Assembly: GCA_002104905.1 (NCBI GenBank)
Contig: MCFE01000761.1
Span: 1-38,706 of the forward strand
Length of the DNA: 38,706 bases
DNA from: Basidiobolus meristosporus CBS 931.73
Lineage: Eukaryota; Fungi; Basidiobolomycota
Direction: 5' to 3'
Shown: positions 1 through 11,800 of the stretch, piece by piece
How positions within the stretch are numbered: position 1 is the stretch's first letter
Layout: each line of letters starts with the position of its first letter
Made by a program: the position numbers and the translations under genes
The notes under the pieces: model-generated
What the model was told of the DNA's origin: nothing
Databases searched by the model: none
Seen by the model: the letters and a program-made list of their open reading frames with translations, nothing else

Positions 1-700
1 CGCGCGTTGACCCGACGTGCGTTGACTTAATGCGCGTTGACTCGACACGGGGCATTCTGGTAAAGGGTGTTGGTGTGGTCTGGACTGACGTGCGCCGGCA
101 CGCTGTGGTTGCAAGAGATGGTAGGGAATCCAGCGAGGTGTGCTGGCGCGATCTGGACAATGTTGCTCGCGGTCTGTATTCTTCCTCCTGAAGCTCACCA
201 TCTCATTCCTCAAGGTATTCACTTACCCTCTGTCTGATACTTTGGAGCTGTTGCCTGGATGAGTCCTGTGTATATTGCGCTTGGAAGCCACTTAGCTCTA
301 CTAATATATCACGTGGTACATTAGTCATTTGAGGCAAAAACTCATTCAAAATCTCTTTGGTTCCCAAAGTTGAGGCACAAACGGACGTGTCCGGCCCATA
401 CTGTGCCAATTGCACGCGAAATCGTTCCCACGCGGCTTCCTTGTCAAATCCCCTCACTCTCAGCTCATTCTTGATTTCAATACTTGTCTTGTTATATATC
501 TTTTTACATACATCGGCTGGCATCTTGATGTAGAACTCATGCCACAGCTTTCTACTCAAATTCTTCCATCTTTGTTGACTCTCTGAGGTATCTAGTTCTG
601 CTAGATTAATCAGTAGTGCCCAAATATCTGTATGAAGGCTCATCATAGACACTTGGGCCATACTAAAATCATTTGGCAAGAACTCAAACAGATCCAACAT
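1..700 (-). CDS. Partner protein (ORF2) of the PHIS element, with a MADF/Myb-SANT-like motif; 165-aa ORF 203..700 followed by 67 more open codons after the TGA
   Basis: DIWALLINLAELDTSESQQRWKNLSRKL has Myb/MADF-like W-x17-W-K-N-L spacing. Homologous sequence is present in copies 2 and 3. The frame stays open from 202 to the window edge. Confidence 0.6.
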
Positions 701-1153
701 CGACTTTTATGGTCCGGACCGCGCTTGTGAGCTGGGGGATGGGTTTTGTCTGGGTTGTACTAAAGATGAGTTGAGGCTTGGTATGGGGACCATAGCAACG
801 GATTTGGATACTTATACAGCAGTATATTGGCATCAACCTGGTCTTATATGAAATATATATGAAAACTAAAGTGATTGTTGAATTTTCCATATATTATGCA
901 TGATGCATCTTGGATCGCGTTGACACGGATCAGATCACATCAATCGCAGATTTCCTATTTGATTATAGACCTATTTATTAAAGCATCAATAAAAGTACCA
1001 AGGCATTGTTTGCGGATGATTTTTGCGACATAATGATGGGATACATGGCAATTGATGGAGATTTAACCATAATGTGTTAAAAATCAGATAAATAACGCAG
1101 ATCGCGCCAAATCGATTCAAACCGCCACCATACGGTCATCCATCAATTTTAAT

Positions 1154-2038
1154 ATGACTTACTCATCTAAATGGTCTTTTCTCATCAATCCCATCACTAC
1201 CACTGGATTTCCTTTTGACACACTGGAGGAGATCTATTCCAAGTACTGTGGACCATCAACCCCAATCTACTCAAGGAGATCCCTTGTTAAGCTTCTCTGC
1301 TATTACAAGAACTATTGCCCTACAAGGTTTCATCCCACCATCCATGGCAACAAAAGTCCTAGAAGCTTTCATTCCCAGCTGACAGCAATGGAGAACCACC
1401 TTGCAGAGGGTATGAATGACTTAGAGCAAGCTTGGAATACTAGGTTCAGAAGCTCCAATAGACTTCCATATCCCAGAGTGTTCAGCAACAGGTTCCATAT
1501 CAGGAGTATTTTGGATACCTTCCCAGTGAGGATTAACAGACCTTCTAGAGGGCAGAGGCACTTTTATTCTGGCAAGTACAAGGCACACTGTGTGAAGTTT
1601 CAAGCACTGTCTGACATTGAGGGTAACATCATCTGGTTTAGTGGGCCATTTGCTGGAAGTAGGAATGACAAAGCACTCTGGGTAGAGAATCATCCTGAAT
1701 TCAGTAGAGGGGAGAAATGTATGGCAGACTTGGCCTATATAGCAGAGGATTGTCAGAGATTAGGATGTATTACAGCTTATAGGAAGCCAAGGAATGGTGT
1801 GCTTAGCAGGAAGCAGAAGCTCTACAATGAGATATTTAATCATTTCAGAGTAAGGGTAGAGCACACATTTGGATATCTGAAGAGATTCAGCATATTGGCA
1901 GGTAAATACAGAGGAAAGTCATATATAGGAGAAAACAGCAGAATAGGTAAAATAGTTAAGATACTTATCAATGCACAGTATGTTCATACAAGAAGACATC
2001 CACTGAGAGAAATGTGTCTGGAGCATTATGAAGAGTAA
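1154..2038 (+). CDS. DDE_Tnp_4-family (IS5/Harbinger-type) transposase, 294 aa, uninterrupted
   Basis: N-terminal TGFPFDTLEEI (HTH_Tnp_4-like). Catalytic-region motifs ILDTFPVRINRP, FYSGKYKAHCVKFQ, FSGPFAGSRND, MADLAY and RVRVEHTFGYLKRF. Confidence 0.88.
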   Translation: MTYSSKWSFLINPITTTGFPFDTLEEIYSKYCGPSTPIYSRRSLVKLLCYYKNYCPTRFHPTIHGNKSPRSFHSQLTAMENHLAEGMNDLEQAWNTRFRSSNRLPYPRVFSNRFHIRSILDTFPVRINRPSRGQRHFYSGKYKAHCVKFQALSDIEGNIIWFSGPFAGSRNDKALWVENHPEFSRGEKCMADLAYIAEDCQRLGCITAYRKPRNGVLSRKQKLYNEIFNHFRVRVEHTFGYLKRFSILAGKYRGKSYIGENSRIGKIVKILINAQYVHTRRHPLREMCLEHYEE

Positions 2039-2129
2039 ATAAAGCAAGGAAAGCACTATTCTGAGCAACATAAGTAAGATTGAGTAAAATTACCAGTAAC
2101 TGTATAATACCACTGGCGTCATGGTAGAA

Positions 2130-2221
2130 ATTATAGTGCCAGATAGTGCTGTAGAGTGCCAGATCAATCCGGCACTATAAACCGGCTGGCACTATGTGGC
2201 ACTATCCAACGGAACAAGTCT
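2130..2221. repeat. Right TIR (2197..2221) and subterminal ATAGTGCC/GGCACTAT repeats of the PHIS element
   Basis: About six ATAGTGCC-like motifs in both orientations. The 25-nt right TIR AGACTTGTTCCGTTGGATAGTGCCA matches the left end AGACTTGTTCCATTGTACTGTGCCA (reverse complement ending at 22220) at 21 of 25 positions. Confidence 0.85.
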
Positions 2222-2869
2222 ATTATTTAAGCCTGTGCAAGGGATCAAAGAAGAAGATTAGAATTTTGATCAGATTTTTCCAACTTTAAGCCTACAAATA
2301 TGTAGATATGCACATTGAGTTACAACTTAGTTCTTCATGCATATACAATGTCTCAAACTTCTGACAACAGTATTCAGCTGATTTTCCCCTGATTTTACAT
2401 TGCAATTCTAGCTGCAAGTAGCAAGCAGCTCATGACCAAGTTTGTGTGATTGCAAGCAGGCCTAGTCCCCTCCAGGACAATATGTCTGCTTGCCTGCCCA
2501 ACAATCAGTACCCAAGATATTGCGTGCTGTCAGCCGTTGTAGTAGGGTCACAGTGACACCCACTGACAGATGTGCTCATTCCCATATTTTCCACTTCCCT
2601 ATATCTCTACTACACTAATTTAGTTTTATCCCATTTGTCTTACCTGATCAGTACTTTCCCATAAGCTGGTTGACTATGCCACTTGCTTACCTTGTTGCGT
2701 AGATTATCCCTCACTTTATGTAAGATTGCTAGCAGCAAATGCTTCTATATTAGGCAAGTACCCATGTCAGTACCCATGACACATGATCAACTTGTGGCAC
2801 CATCCCTACCATTTCCATACTGCATATGGTATCCCTATGTTACTTGGGTTTCAAGGTACTGATTCCTGA

Positions 2870-5430
2870 TTGGTTGGATGTGCTGTGCCTCTTAGAACCT
2901 TCTGGCACCTACTTAAAACATTCTTAGGTCATTGATGATGACTTGTACCAGTAAAGAGAGCAATATAAACATCTTCCCTGTAAAGGAGAGGTTTTATGGG
3001 AAGAACTACAGACTTTGGAGAATCAGAATACAGACTTGTCTCAGGGGCTACAGCAACCAAACAGATTGAAATACTCTACATACCTGGAATATCTAAGAAC
3101 CTACTCTCAGTCAGTAAAGCAATTGCTCAGGGATGGAGATTTGTTTTCACTAAGCTGAACTGCTCAACATTGAGTGAAAATGGACAAAAATTAGCTTTGG
3201 AAATCAGAGATCATAATGTATACAAGTTACAATGCAAGATCATAGCACCTGAGTATGTTAACATAGCTGACACTGATTAAACTAGCTGGGAAATATGGCA
3301 TAGGAGGCTAGGCCACATTGCAGAACAGAAAATGAGTCAATTGGTGAAAAATTATCTTGTTTTAGGCCTAAATTATTCAATTCTGATAAAATTGAGTGAC
3401 TGTAAGGGATGTTCATATGACAAACAAGCTAGGCAGTGATTTAGGAGCTCAGGAGGCATCAACATCACTGAAATATTGGCTATTGTACACTCAGACAAGA
3501 TATACTCAATGCTATTCATTGGTGACATGACAAGATATTCATGGTTAAACTTCCATACAACAAACAAAGAGGCTTTAGACACATTTAAACACTTTGGCAG
3601 TGGTGTCTTTTATCACATCCCTGACAAAAAATGCTCAAAGCTGGAACCAAAGAGTAGATAGGGGATCTTTCTTGGGTATTGTGATGATACTAAAGGGTAT
3701 AGAGAGTATGATTGTGGAATTCAAAAGCTGATCAAGAGCAGGGACTTTGTATTTGAGGAGAATACAGATCAGAAAGCCACAGAAATCATTGGCCAGCTGC
3801 CTTAGTATGCAATCAGCACTAATGAAGAGGATACCTACCAAATTCAGCCAGATATGGAAGATAATTCCACCAGCTCCAGATCAGAGCAGATTATCCCAGC
3901 TAGGAGAGCTACCAGAATAAGAAATGCCTTAGGATATTGGTGGCTGACATCCAATGATCATGAAGAAGCCTATCTTTCCTTATGTGCTAAACCTCAGAAT
4001 CTGGAACAGGCAATGCAAAGTACAGATGTTATCATGTGGCAACAAGCCATGCAGGAGGAGTACCTATCACTGATCATAGCAAAAGCATGGGAACTGGTAG
4101 ATTTACCCAATGGGAGAAAGCCACCAGGATGTAGACAAGTCTACAAGATTAAGAAAACCTCAAATGGTGCTGTTAATAAGTTCAATGCTAGATTGGTGCC
4201 CAAAGGCTGTTCCCAGATTCAGGGACTAGACTTCAAGGAAACTTTTGCTCTGGTTGCCAAGAGTAACTCCATTAGGACAGTTCTAGCCTTGGCAGCTGTA
4301 CAGAGTTCAGATCTACACCAAATGGACGTCAAAGTAGCCTCTCCAAATGGGGACTTGCAAGCAACTTTATGTATGAAGCAACCAAAAGGTTTTAACAATC
4401 CAAAAGGCCCTTATAAGGTGTGCAGACTCAGAAAATTGTTGTATGGGCTTAAGCATTGACCAAGAGCATGGTGTAACAAGATTCACACATATTTAGAGGA
4501 GATTATGTTCATTTGTAGCACTGCAAATCACAATATATATGTGAAACAGCTCAAAAAGGGTGTGACCATCCCAGTTCTTTATGTGAGTAACCTGATATTA
4601 GCTAGAAGGGACCAGGAGGCACTTTAACAGACAAAATCAGATCTCTTCAGCAAATTGGAGATGAAAGATTTTGGAAAATTGAGCTATTTTCTTGGAATTG
4701 AAGTAAATTATGACACACCTACACAAATATTGTGCTGAATCAGTCTAAGACCTCAAGGACATTCTTAGATGCTTCAAAATGGAAAACTGCTAGCCTGCAG
4801 CTACCCCTTTGGACAATAATCTAATACTGAGCAAATCTCAGCCAGTTTTGGGTGAAAGTGGCTCAAGTATGGACTAAAACTTTCCCTATCAATCAATGGC
4901 TGGTAGCCTGATGTACTTGATGGTGTCTGCACATCAAGATATTGCAGTGGCAGTTGGAATAGTTGGTTAAGTCATGCAGAATTATGGATTATGCACAGAC
5001 TTAGGCTTTAATTCAGATGAACCAACATATACTTACAAAGATAATCAAAGATGTATTTCATTAGCTAGGAATTCTACAAATCAAGCCAGAACTATGTATA
5101 TATTATACAACACCACTTTGTGAGGGAAGCTGTAGAGTAAAGCTTAGTAGAGCTAGTTTACTGCCCAACTGACAAAATGGTGGCAGATATACTGACAAAA
5201 CCACTAGCTAGATCACAGTTTGAGAATCTCAGAGAGGAACCAAGATTGAAAAATTATTTATTTGAGGGGGAGTGTTGAAATATCAGACTATTTGGGATCA
5301 TTCAGCAGCTAAAATTTACTTAGCAATTCTAAGCTAGTCTTATTTACTGTAGGACTAATTTGCAGTCCCTACTTTGCCAGTTTCTTCACATCTATGATCC
5401 TATGATTATTACCCTATTGCAAAGATCAAA
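2870..5430 (+). mobile_element. Decayed Ty1/copia retrotransposon, family B (protease to RNase H, PPT, first about 160 bp of the 3' LTR)
   Basis: LYIPGISKNLLSVSK (protease), WHRRLGH and CxxC (integrase zinc finger), KLEPKS..IFLGY, RT motifs [26 protein letters not shown] and LHQMDVK, and RNase H remnants. Many stops and frameshifts; most of the integrase core is deleted near 3590. The left boundary is approximate. Confidence 0.9.
5264..5272 (+). promoter_or_regulatory. Polypurine tract (GAGGGGGAG) of the copia B element
   Basis: Directly precedes TGTTGAAATA at 5273, the start of the family-B LTR. Confidence 0.85.
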
Positions 5431-5549
5431 ATGCAGAATCTGGTCATTAGGCTGTTACTCAACAGTGTAACAGCCAGAAGTAACAATACTTGTCAGAGTA
5501 AAGACCTAGAAGCTGTTAAACTCCATATGGGGAAGCCTATATTGAGCCC

Positions 5550-5902
5550 TGTTGTTATTTGAGAAGTGTCTTGGACATTAGAAACTTATCAAGAAACAGT
5601 TATAATTATTGAACTGCTGTTTACTTAGGAAGAAGCTCTGTACTTAGACCTTTGTAGAGGAAATACAGGGGGTAAAGTGCCTTAATATTCAGGAGCTTTG
5701 TGCAACAGCTTCAGGATTGATGCATAATGTGTGTAAAAGTAATAACTTGATCTTGAACATAGGGGGACTATTATAGGCTCAGTTATCTGATGGAAATGGT
5801 GATTTTAGGATCTAGGTGTGTCCCACAGTAACTAAAAGTAGTTCAGATTTTTTATGTATATGTTAGCTGCTCAAAAACACCTAATAGCAGAATATTTCAC
5901 TA
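5550..5902 (-). repeat. Old, diverged solo LTR of copia family B
   Basis: The reverse complement aligns along its length with the LTR at 6960..7328. Flanks AGCCC/AGTAC match only partly. Confidence 0.7.
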
Positions 5903-6429
5903 AGTACAGGGCTGTTCAACATCAACACCAGTAGAAATGCCTTGGTTAATCAGCATATGACCTGATTGGCCATTCAAGCCAAATTCTGGACTCTAATTCA
6001 ATAGTTTGGCCAAATAAGCACCAAGTTGGTAGAATATAGTTTCATTGAGATAGTGCTAGCCATAGTATATCCAACCAAAATCAGCGCTGGATGGCTTCAT
6101 AAACAGTCCTTATTTGTGAAAATCACCCAGGACTATATACTTTGAGCAATCACCAGATTGAGCTGACACATAAAGATTCTATTTGAAGCAAATGCTTAAA
6201 GATTGCTGACTATGCTCAGGCAATCTTCCTGGGGTATGTTGAAGCTACATTGACACCCATCTGCAAAAGATTGTGTGAATTTGCTATGCTCTACCACTTT
6301 AATTAGCAAGGTCAAGATGTTATATGGTAAAGTCAATAAAGACCTTAAAACATGGGGCTTCCAAATTGAGAAGGCCATCATGGTTGAAGGAGTAACCCAA
6401 GAAATCAAATTGACTAATAAAGCTTGTTA

Positions 6430-6798
6430 TGTTATGATCTGCCGCTTGAATGTTTAAGTTAGATCAGTTTTTAGTCAAATCAATTAGTTATATGTTTAGG
6501 TTATCAGTATATCAGTATTTTCTATCAAATCAGTAGCATTAGTCAGCAAATGAATCAGCAGATCCTTATCAGACAGAAATGGATATATTAGGTAGGATCT
6601 TATTGGGTGATGATGATGCAATCAAATGAGTCATCAGCCACAGCCTACATTTGGAAATACAATTAGTCAGCAATTGATCTGGCAAAATGTATATAAGGAG
6701 CTGCTGGAACCTTAATAAAAATAAGTTCAAGTTTTAGTGAATACAATACTAGCTAAACTACCTATTCCTCTACAACTCTTATACCAAGACTTGTAACA
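6430..6798. repeat. Solo LTR, family A (TGTTA...TAACA, about 369 bp)
   Basis: Roughly 90% identical by eye to 10402..10769. TG..CA ends, a TATA-like ATATAAG and AATAAA inside. No clean TSD. Confidence 0.8.
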
Positions 6799-6959
6799 TT
6801 GCTATTGATGCCAAATCACTGAGAAAATGAGTTGTATTACCTAACCTGCTAAGTATATCATATTGGCCTGGCTGCTTGTCAAAGTATTTGAAGGACCAAG
6901 GCAACCTTGACATGCAGAATGAAGAAATCAAGAGCAAAATGTGAGATGAAATAAGAAAC

Positions 6960-7328
6960 TGTTGAAATATTGGACTGCTTGGTATCATTCTGCAGCTAAA
7001 AATTTACTTACCAATTCTGGACTAGTCTTGGTCACTGTGGAGCTAATTTACAGCTCTAACTTTGCCACTTTCTTCAGATCTATGATCTTATGATTATTCC
7101 CCTATAGTCAGGATCAAATTAGCACTAATACCAACTATTATGTATTTACCCTGAAACTGTTACAGAATGCTCCTGAATATTGAGAAACCCTCCTTACTTA
7201 GTGTTACAGCTGTATTACTTCTACTAAGGTATAAATACTGAGCTTCTTTATTAATAAACAACAGTTCAACTATTATCACTATTTCTCGATAAGTTCCTTA
7301 TATCCAAATCACTTCTTAAATTGCAACA
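6960..7328 (+). repeat. Solo LTR of copia family B with a 5-bp TSD (GAAAC)
   Basis: TGTTG...CAACA ends with GAAAC on both flanks. Homologous to the LTR start that follows the PPT at 5273. Confidence 0.95.
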
Positions 7329-7591
7329 GAAACTTGTAGTAAAGATAGAAATTTTCTGTTGTATTGCTAATACTAGTATTATTAGCTACTTCCCTATTTC
7401 TCTTGCCTGCACTTAATGTAAAAGCAACACAATTGATATGCAGGTCTTGGAGAATCAGGAGCCAATAGCCTTGTGGAAGTAACAGCATGGTGCCAAGAAT
7501 GGTACAGAATATTGTGAAGTTAGTAAAAACATACTCAAACTGCTACATCAGCTATAGCTGACCACCAAAAAATGCTAAATCTTCCCCTCAG

Positions 7592-7990
7592 ACCCTGTGG
7601 ACAACTCTTATATTGGACCAGTAAAAATACCACTCAAATCAGCAAGTGGGACTCAGCAATAGGCCACTATAATGCTAGCAGCCAGGATTCTCTGTCCTGC
7701 TCCATGATCTTATGATGCAAATGTAGCAGTGTTTTTATGTTTTTACTGCCAAATAAACTGCAAATTTAGCAATGCTTGACACTCTTTTTGCAGGACAAAC
7801 ATGGGATTTAGATGCACTTTGTTTGGTCTGCACAAACAAATGCAGACCTAACTGGCCACAAAATGCAACTGACTTATATGGCATAAGACATGAGGATGTT
7901 TTAATGGCCTTGATGTAGCTATCTGGATGCAATACTATGACAGTACAGCGGCCTGTGGCTAGTTTTGCATGGTATACTATCCTAACTTAC
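7592..7990. mobile_element. Diverged left-end fragment of the CMC/EnSpm element
   Basis: Colinear similarity to 8708..9100 (TAATRCTAGCAGC, TTTACTGCCAAATAAA, GCTAGTTTTG). Begins with the TIR-like ACCCTGTGGACAAC. Confidence 0.55.
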
Positions 7991-10401
7991 CAATCAGTGC
8001 TTTATTGCTCTACCTCCCCTTCAAATCTTGCCTCCTTGTTTGCTTGTCCACAGCTATCAAAAGTCTCCAAATATGGCTTGAATGAAAAAAACTGTCTTTT
8101 TTTTTGCAAGAATCTCTTTACATTCACACTAGCAGCATATTATTACACCTGCATTGTCTCTACTTTACAGCTTTGCAATGTGATCTTGCAAAGTCGCTGC
8201 TAACCTTTGTTGCTGTGCTATTGACTTGGTTCATTGCATGGTGCTGCACTGAGCCATGAGTGCCAAACAATGCCATAGCATGGCAGAGAGACAAAGTACA
8301 CCTATACCTGACCATATATTGATATGTATAATTCTGCATCTTAGTACAGAGCAGCCACTGAGCTCCATCTACAGTGCTGGAAGAAATCCACTTTTTGACC
8401 ACTCCTTTGGTACCAATGTTGGGGACATGTGTAAGAGAATAAAAGAACTACAGATGTGCATTTGGTACTTAAGACTTGTGACACCATGAATATAGCTGCA
8501 GAAGTGGTAATATTCCCCAAAAATGATATAGCACTAACTTGGTCTGCTGTTTATACCTGGAACCATGCTTAGGTATTAGCCTTAAAGTAAAACCCGTACA
8601 AACCACTCATAGAGCAAGATAGTGCCAGTGGACCAGCATAGTACCATGCATTTTTGTGACAAATTAGAAACCTCTGGACCTAGATTCACAGTATCATAAG
8701 TATTGAGCTCCTGTGAAAAATATGTTAGTTTTGCAGGTGAATCCAATCCGGAGAAGCCATCAGGATCCCATTTGCATACCATCATAATACTAGCAGCTTA
8801 GAATAAATAACCCTCTTAACAATCTTTTGACTGGCTCACAATGGCATCTAGCTAACTTTACTGCCAAATAAATTTATAAGACTTGACAGGGTATGATTAG
8901 TGCTGTAGCTGTAACTGTATGGCATTGTTGCAGTCTTGGTGCACTGTACAATTATTTTAAACAGATCTAACCAGCCAGTACATCCAGTTGCCTTGTATAG
9001 GAATCAACTTGGCAGTGTTTTGAAGGCCACCTTGCAAGTCTCTGATGGCATTAAAATGGCAGTATGGTGGCCTAAAGCTAGTTTTGTACAATGCTACCAT
9101 ATGTTTTCCTGATAAAAATGAGTTGCTTGTCGCACCTAACCCAACTTTGCATTACTTAACCAATTACCTATGCATTGGGGCTACTTAGCTTTGTAATTCC
9201 ATAGGTATAGGTGTCTCTATGTGCACATTTGTCCTTGGTATTTTCCAACTCTTTCTGGCTGTCCCCCATTTACCATTTCATCACATCCATCATGGACTCA
9301 AAGTTAATAATTTTGATGGGATTGGGATTTGGTGATACCTTCAGCTTGACTTGTCTTCCTATCTTCCCTCACATCTGCTCCACAAGAAACTCCCAAAAGG
9401 TGAAAAAAGGACTAATATCCTCCTCACACCAAGCAAGATGGAGTCAAAAATGGATACAGTAGCAGCAGAGATCTATGTGTTCAGGTTTGTGTTTGTAGTA
9501 TAGCGGCTCAAATCCCATTACACAATCTTTGCACAACAATTGTTGATGTGTCCAGTTGATATTGTTGATCTGCTTCTGGATAAATGTTCCTACAATGTCC
9601 ATATATGACTTCCAATGCTTCCAATTTACTCTTGGTGGGAATGGCTTCAGAACACCCCTTGAATAAATACATATCCAGCTCATCCAGTCCTAACATTTAT
9701 ATTGTTCCATATGCCAATAAATACTGATTGGAGCCCATGAAGAGTACTTAGGGTAGCAGATACTGTGTAATATCTTGCTAATTTTTCAGATTTCTTTGAT
9801 GTCTCAAAGGGTTCATTTAGCTTGAAATACTCCATACACAACTTGGTCATTGGCTTAGGGATATTGTTGAAATGCAAATATATTGCTCCCAGTGGAAAGC
9901 TTATATTCCAACAGATACCCTCTATCTTAAATGTCTCCGGTTTCTAACTGATTTCCAATTTCAACCAATGGCTTATAGCTTGCCAACTTTGCTGCAGTTG
10001 CATGCTGACTTCTGCATATTCTCTCTGTGGGAAATGATGTTCTTAGTGTTGATGTTTGGATAATAATAATGTGTGTGAGATATGGAAAAAATCCCCTGAA
10101 TCTTGCACATTTGACAGCATTACCATGCATTGTGCCTATAAAAGCTGGCTATCTTGCTGATGGCTGGGGTATCTCCAATGCAGAAAGTAAAATGCACTTT
10201 GACATGATGGCCACTTACTGATATCCTGCTGGAAGGCATACAAAATTCATTCAGCAATGGATACAGGTAGCTATCCAGGTTGAACAGTGATTTGGCCCAG
10301 TTGCCAGTGAGACTACCATCAGAGTATTGCTATGATACTCTAAGATAGGTTGGAGATTCTGGTGGATGAGAATCAGTGGCCAGCAGGATTTACTGATAAA
10401 G

Positions 10402-10769
10402 TGTTATGATCTGCTGCTTGAATGTTTAAATTAGATCAGTTTTTAGTCATATCAATTAGTATATGTTTAGGCTATCAGTATATCAGTATTATCTATGAAA
10501 TCAGTAGCATTAGTCAGCAAATGAATCAGCAGATCCTTATCAGACAGAAATAGATATATTAAGTAGGATCTTATTGGGTGATGATGATGCAATCAAATGA
10601 GTCATCAGCCACAGCCTGCATTAGGAAATACAATTAGTCAGCAATTGATCTGGCAAAATGTATATAAGGGGCTGATGGAACCTCAATAAAAATCAGATCA
10701 AGTTTTAGTGAATACAATACTAGCTAAACTACCTATTCCTCTACAACTCTTATACTAAGACTTGTAACA
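10402..10769. repeat. Solo LTR, family A, with a 4-bp TSD (AAAG)
   Basis: Removing the LTR plus one AAAG restores the CMC transposase frame LDGFSLNRYF-ISKSCWPLIL. Confidence 0.9.
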
Positions 10770-11506
10770 AAAGTACCTATTTAATGAGAATCCATCAAGT
10801 GCTAAGGCAAAGGAATGGTAATACATACCTTTGAAGTAGCCCCTGTTTCTTGGCTATTTGCAATGCTTGCCATCAAATATATAGGATATATTTGCGCTTG
10901 ATAGATACTGAGTGCAGTACTCTATAGCATTACAATTTATGTTGGACTGTATTACCTTCTTTAGACAGGGTATGACCGGAATATATCTGGAGTGTGAACA
11001 ATGTTTTCCCTCAATGGTTGTGAATTCCCAACAATTAGGACATGTTGCAAAGGTGGCATTTTTTGATGTGAATGCCATGCAACTGTCGACACAAGCTTGA
11101 ATCAGCAGAGTCTTTGGGTCATATGTTGCCAGCCGCATGATGGTTGTCCACTTTTATCATGCATATGGCATGTTGCATCCTGGAATGATTTTGGCAAGAA
11201 GTAGTAATAAATCCTCAAAGCCCCCATTACTGATATTAGTGGAAATGCACCACTTCTCTAGCCACAACACTACATCATTCACAAGTAGATGGATTACTGT
11301 GCTCACATGGCTCACTATAGTATCCTTGGCATTTCTTTCAACAGGTGTTGTCTCATTGAATATTGGGATTTGACCATGCTCATGCATGGTATTGTTGTCA
11401 GGGGAGATAGGCTCACAAATCATCAGTGAGCCTTCTTTGCCAGAGCTATCACTCTGTGTGCCATATTCAGAAGGCTGTGGTGAGCCTCAAGACATCACAA
11501 ACTCCT

Positions 11507-11800
11507 CTGACTCAATTTGCACAAGGTTACAAAAATGGCCAAGTGCCAATATAGGCATATCCACTCCCCTGCAAGATAATGTTGGTACAGTAGTAACTGA
11601 TGAATGGTCAGATATGACTTATGTGACAAAACACCAGCTGTGATTCTTGTCATCTGACTCAGTTTGCGCAAGGTTACAAAGGCAGCCAGGTGCCAATATA
11701 GAAGAATCAGTAGACTGGCAAAATATTGTTGGTACAGTAGTGACTGATGAATGATCAAATATGACTTATGTGGCAAAATACAGGCTGTAATCCTTGTAAT
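11507..11800. repeat. Tandem duplication of a 147-bp unit in the 5' part of the CMC transposase gene
   Basis: CTGACTCARTTTGC starts at 11507 and at 11654; the two units align throughout. Confidence 0.85.

Larger units (their letters stand above)
1..2221 (+). mobile_element. PHIS-superfamily (PIF/Harbinger-ISL2EU-Pangu-like) DNA transposon, copy 1; left part runs out of the window
   Basis: Transposase (+) and divergent partner ORF (-). The right end ...TGGCACTATCCAACGGAACAAGTCT ends at 2221 and is followed by ATT. The same end recurs at 20010 and at both ends of the MITE 33375..34108. Confidence 0.9.

Noticed and set aside
1-41. CRISPR-like short repeats (GCGTTGAC every 15 bp)
   Set aside because: Only three units, no spacers and no cas genes. 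They read as a pentapeptide repeat in the partner frame.
540-645. F-box motif in the partner protein (MMSLHTDIWALLI...LSRK)
   Set aside because: It lacks the LP dipeptide, and the W..WKNL spacing fits MADF/Myb better. Not excluded without an HMM search.
642-850. Protein-like plus-strand frame ACELGDGFCLGCTKDELRLG...YWHQPGLI (ORF 18430..18639 in copy 2)
   Set aside because: There is no ATG in copies 1 and 3, copy 3 has an indel and a stop, and its wobble positions coincide with the antisense partner frame. The apparent synonymous pattern is therefore uninformative.
1154-2038. Bacterial IS5/ISL2 insertion sequence or prokaryotic origin of the window
   Set aside because: The surroundings are LTR retrotransposons and CMC elements, and the transposase has a eukaryote-style partner gene and MITEs.
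2225-2870. Possible gag or 5' LTR of the copia at 2870..5430
   Set aside because: No LTR-B similarity, PBS or gag motif found; left unassigned.
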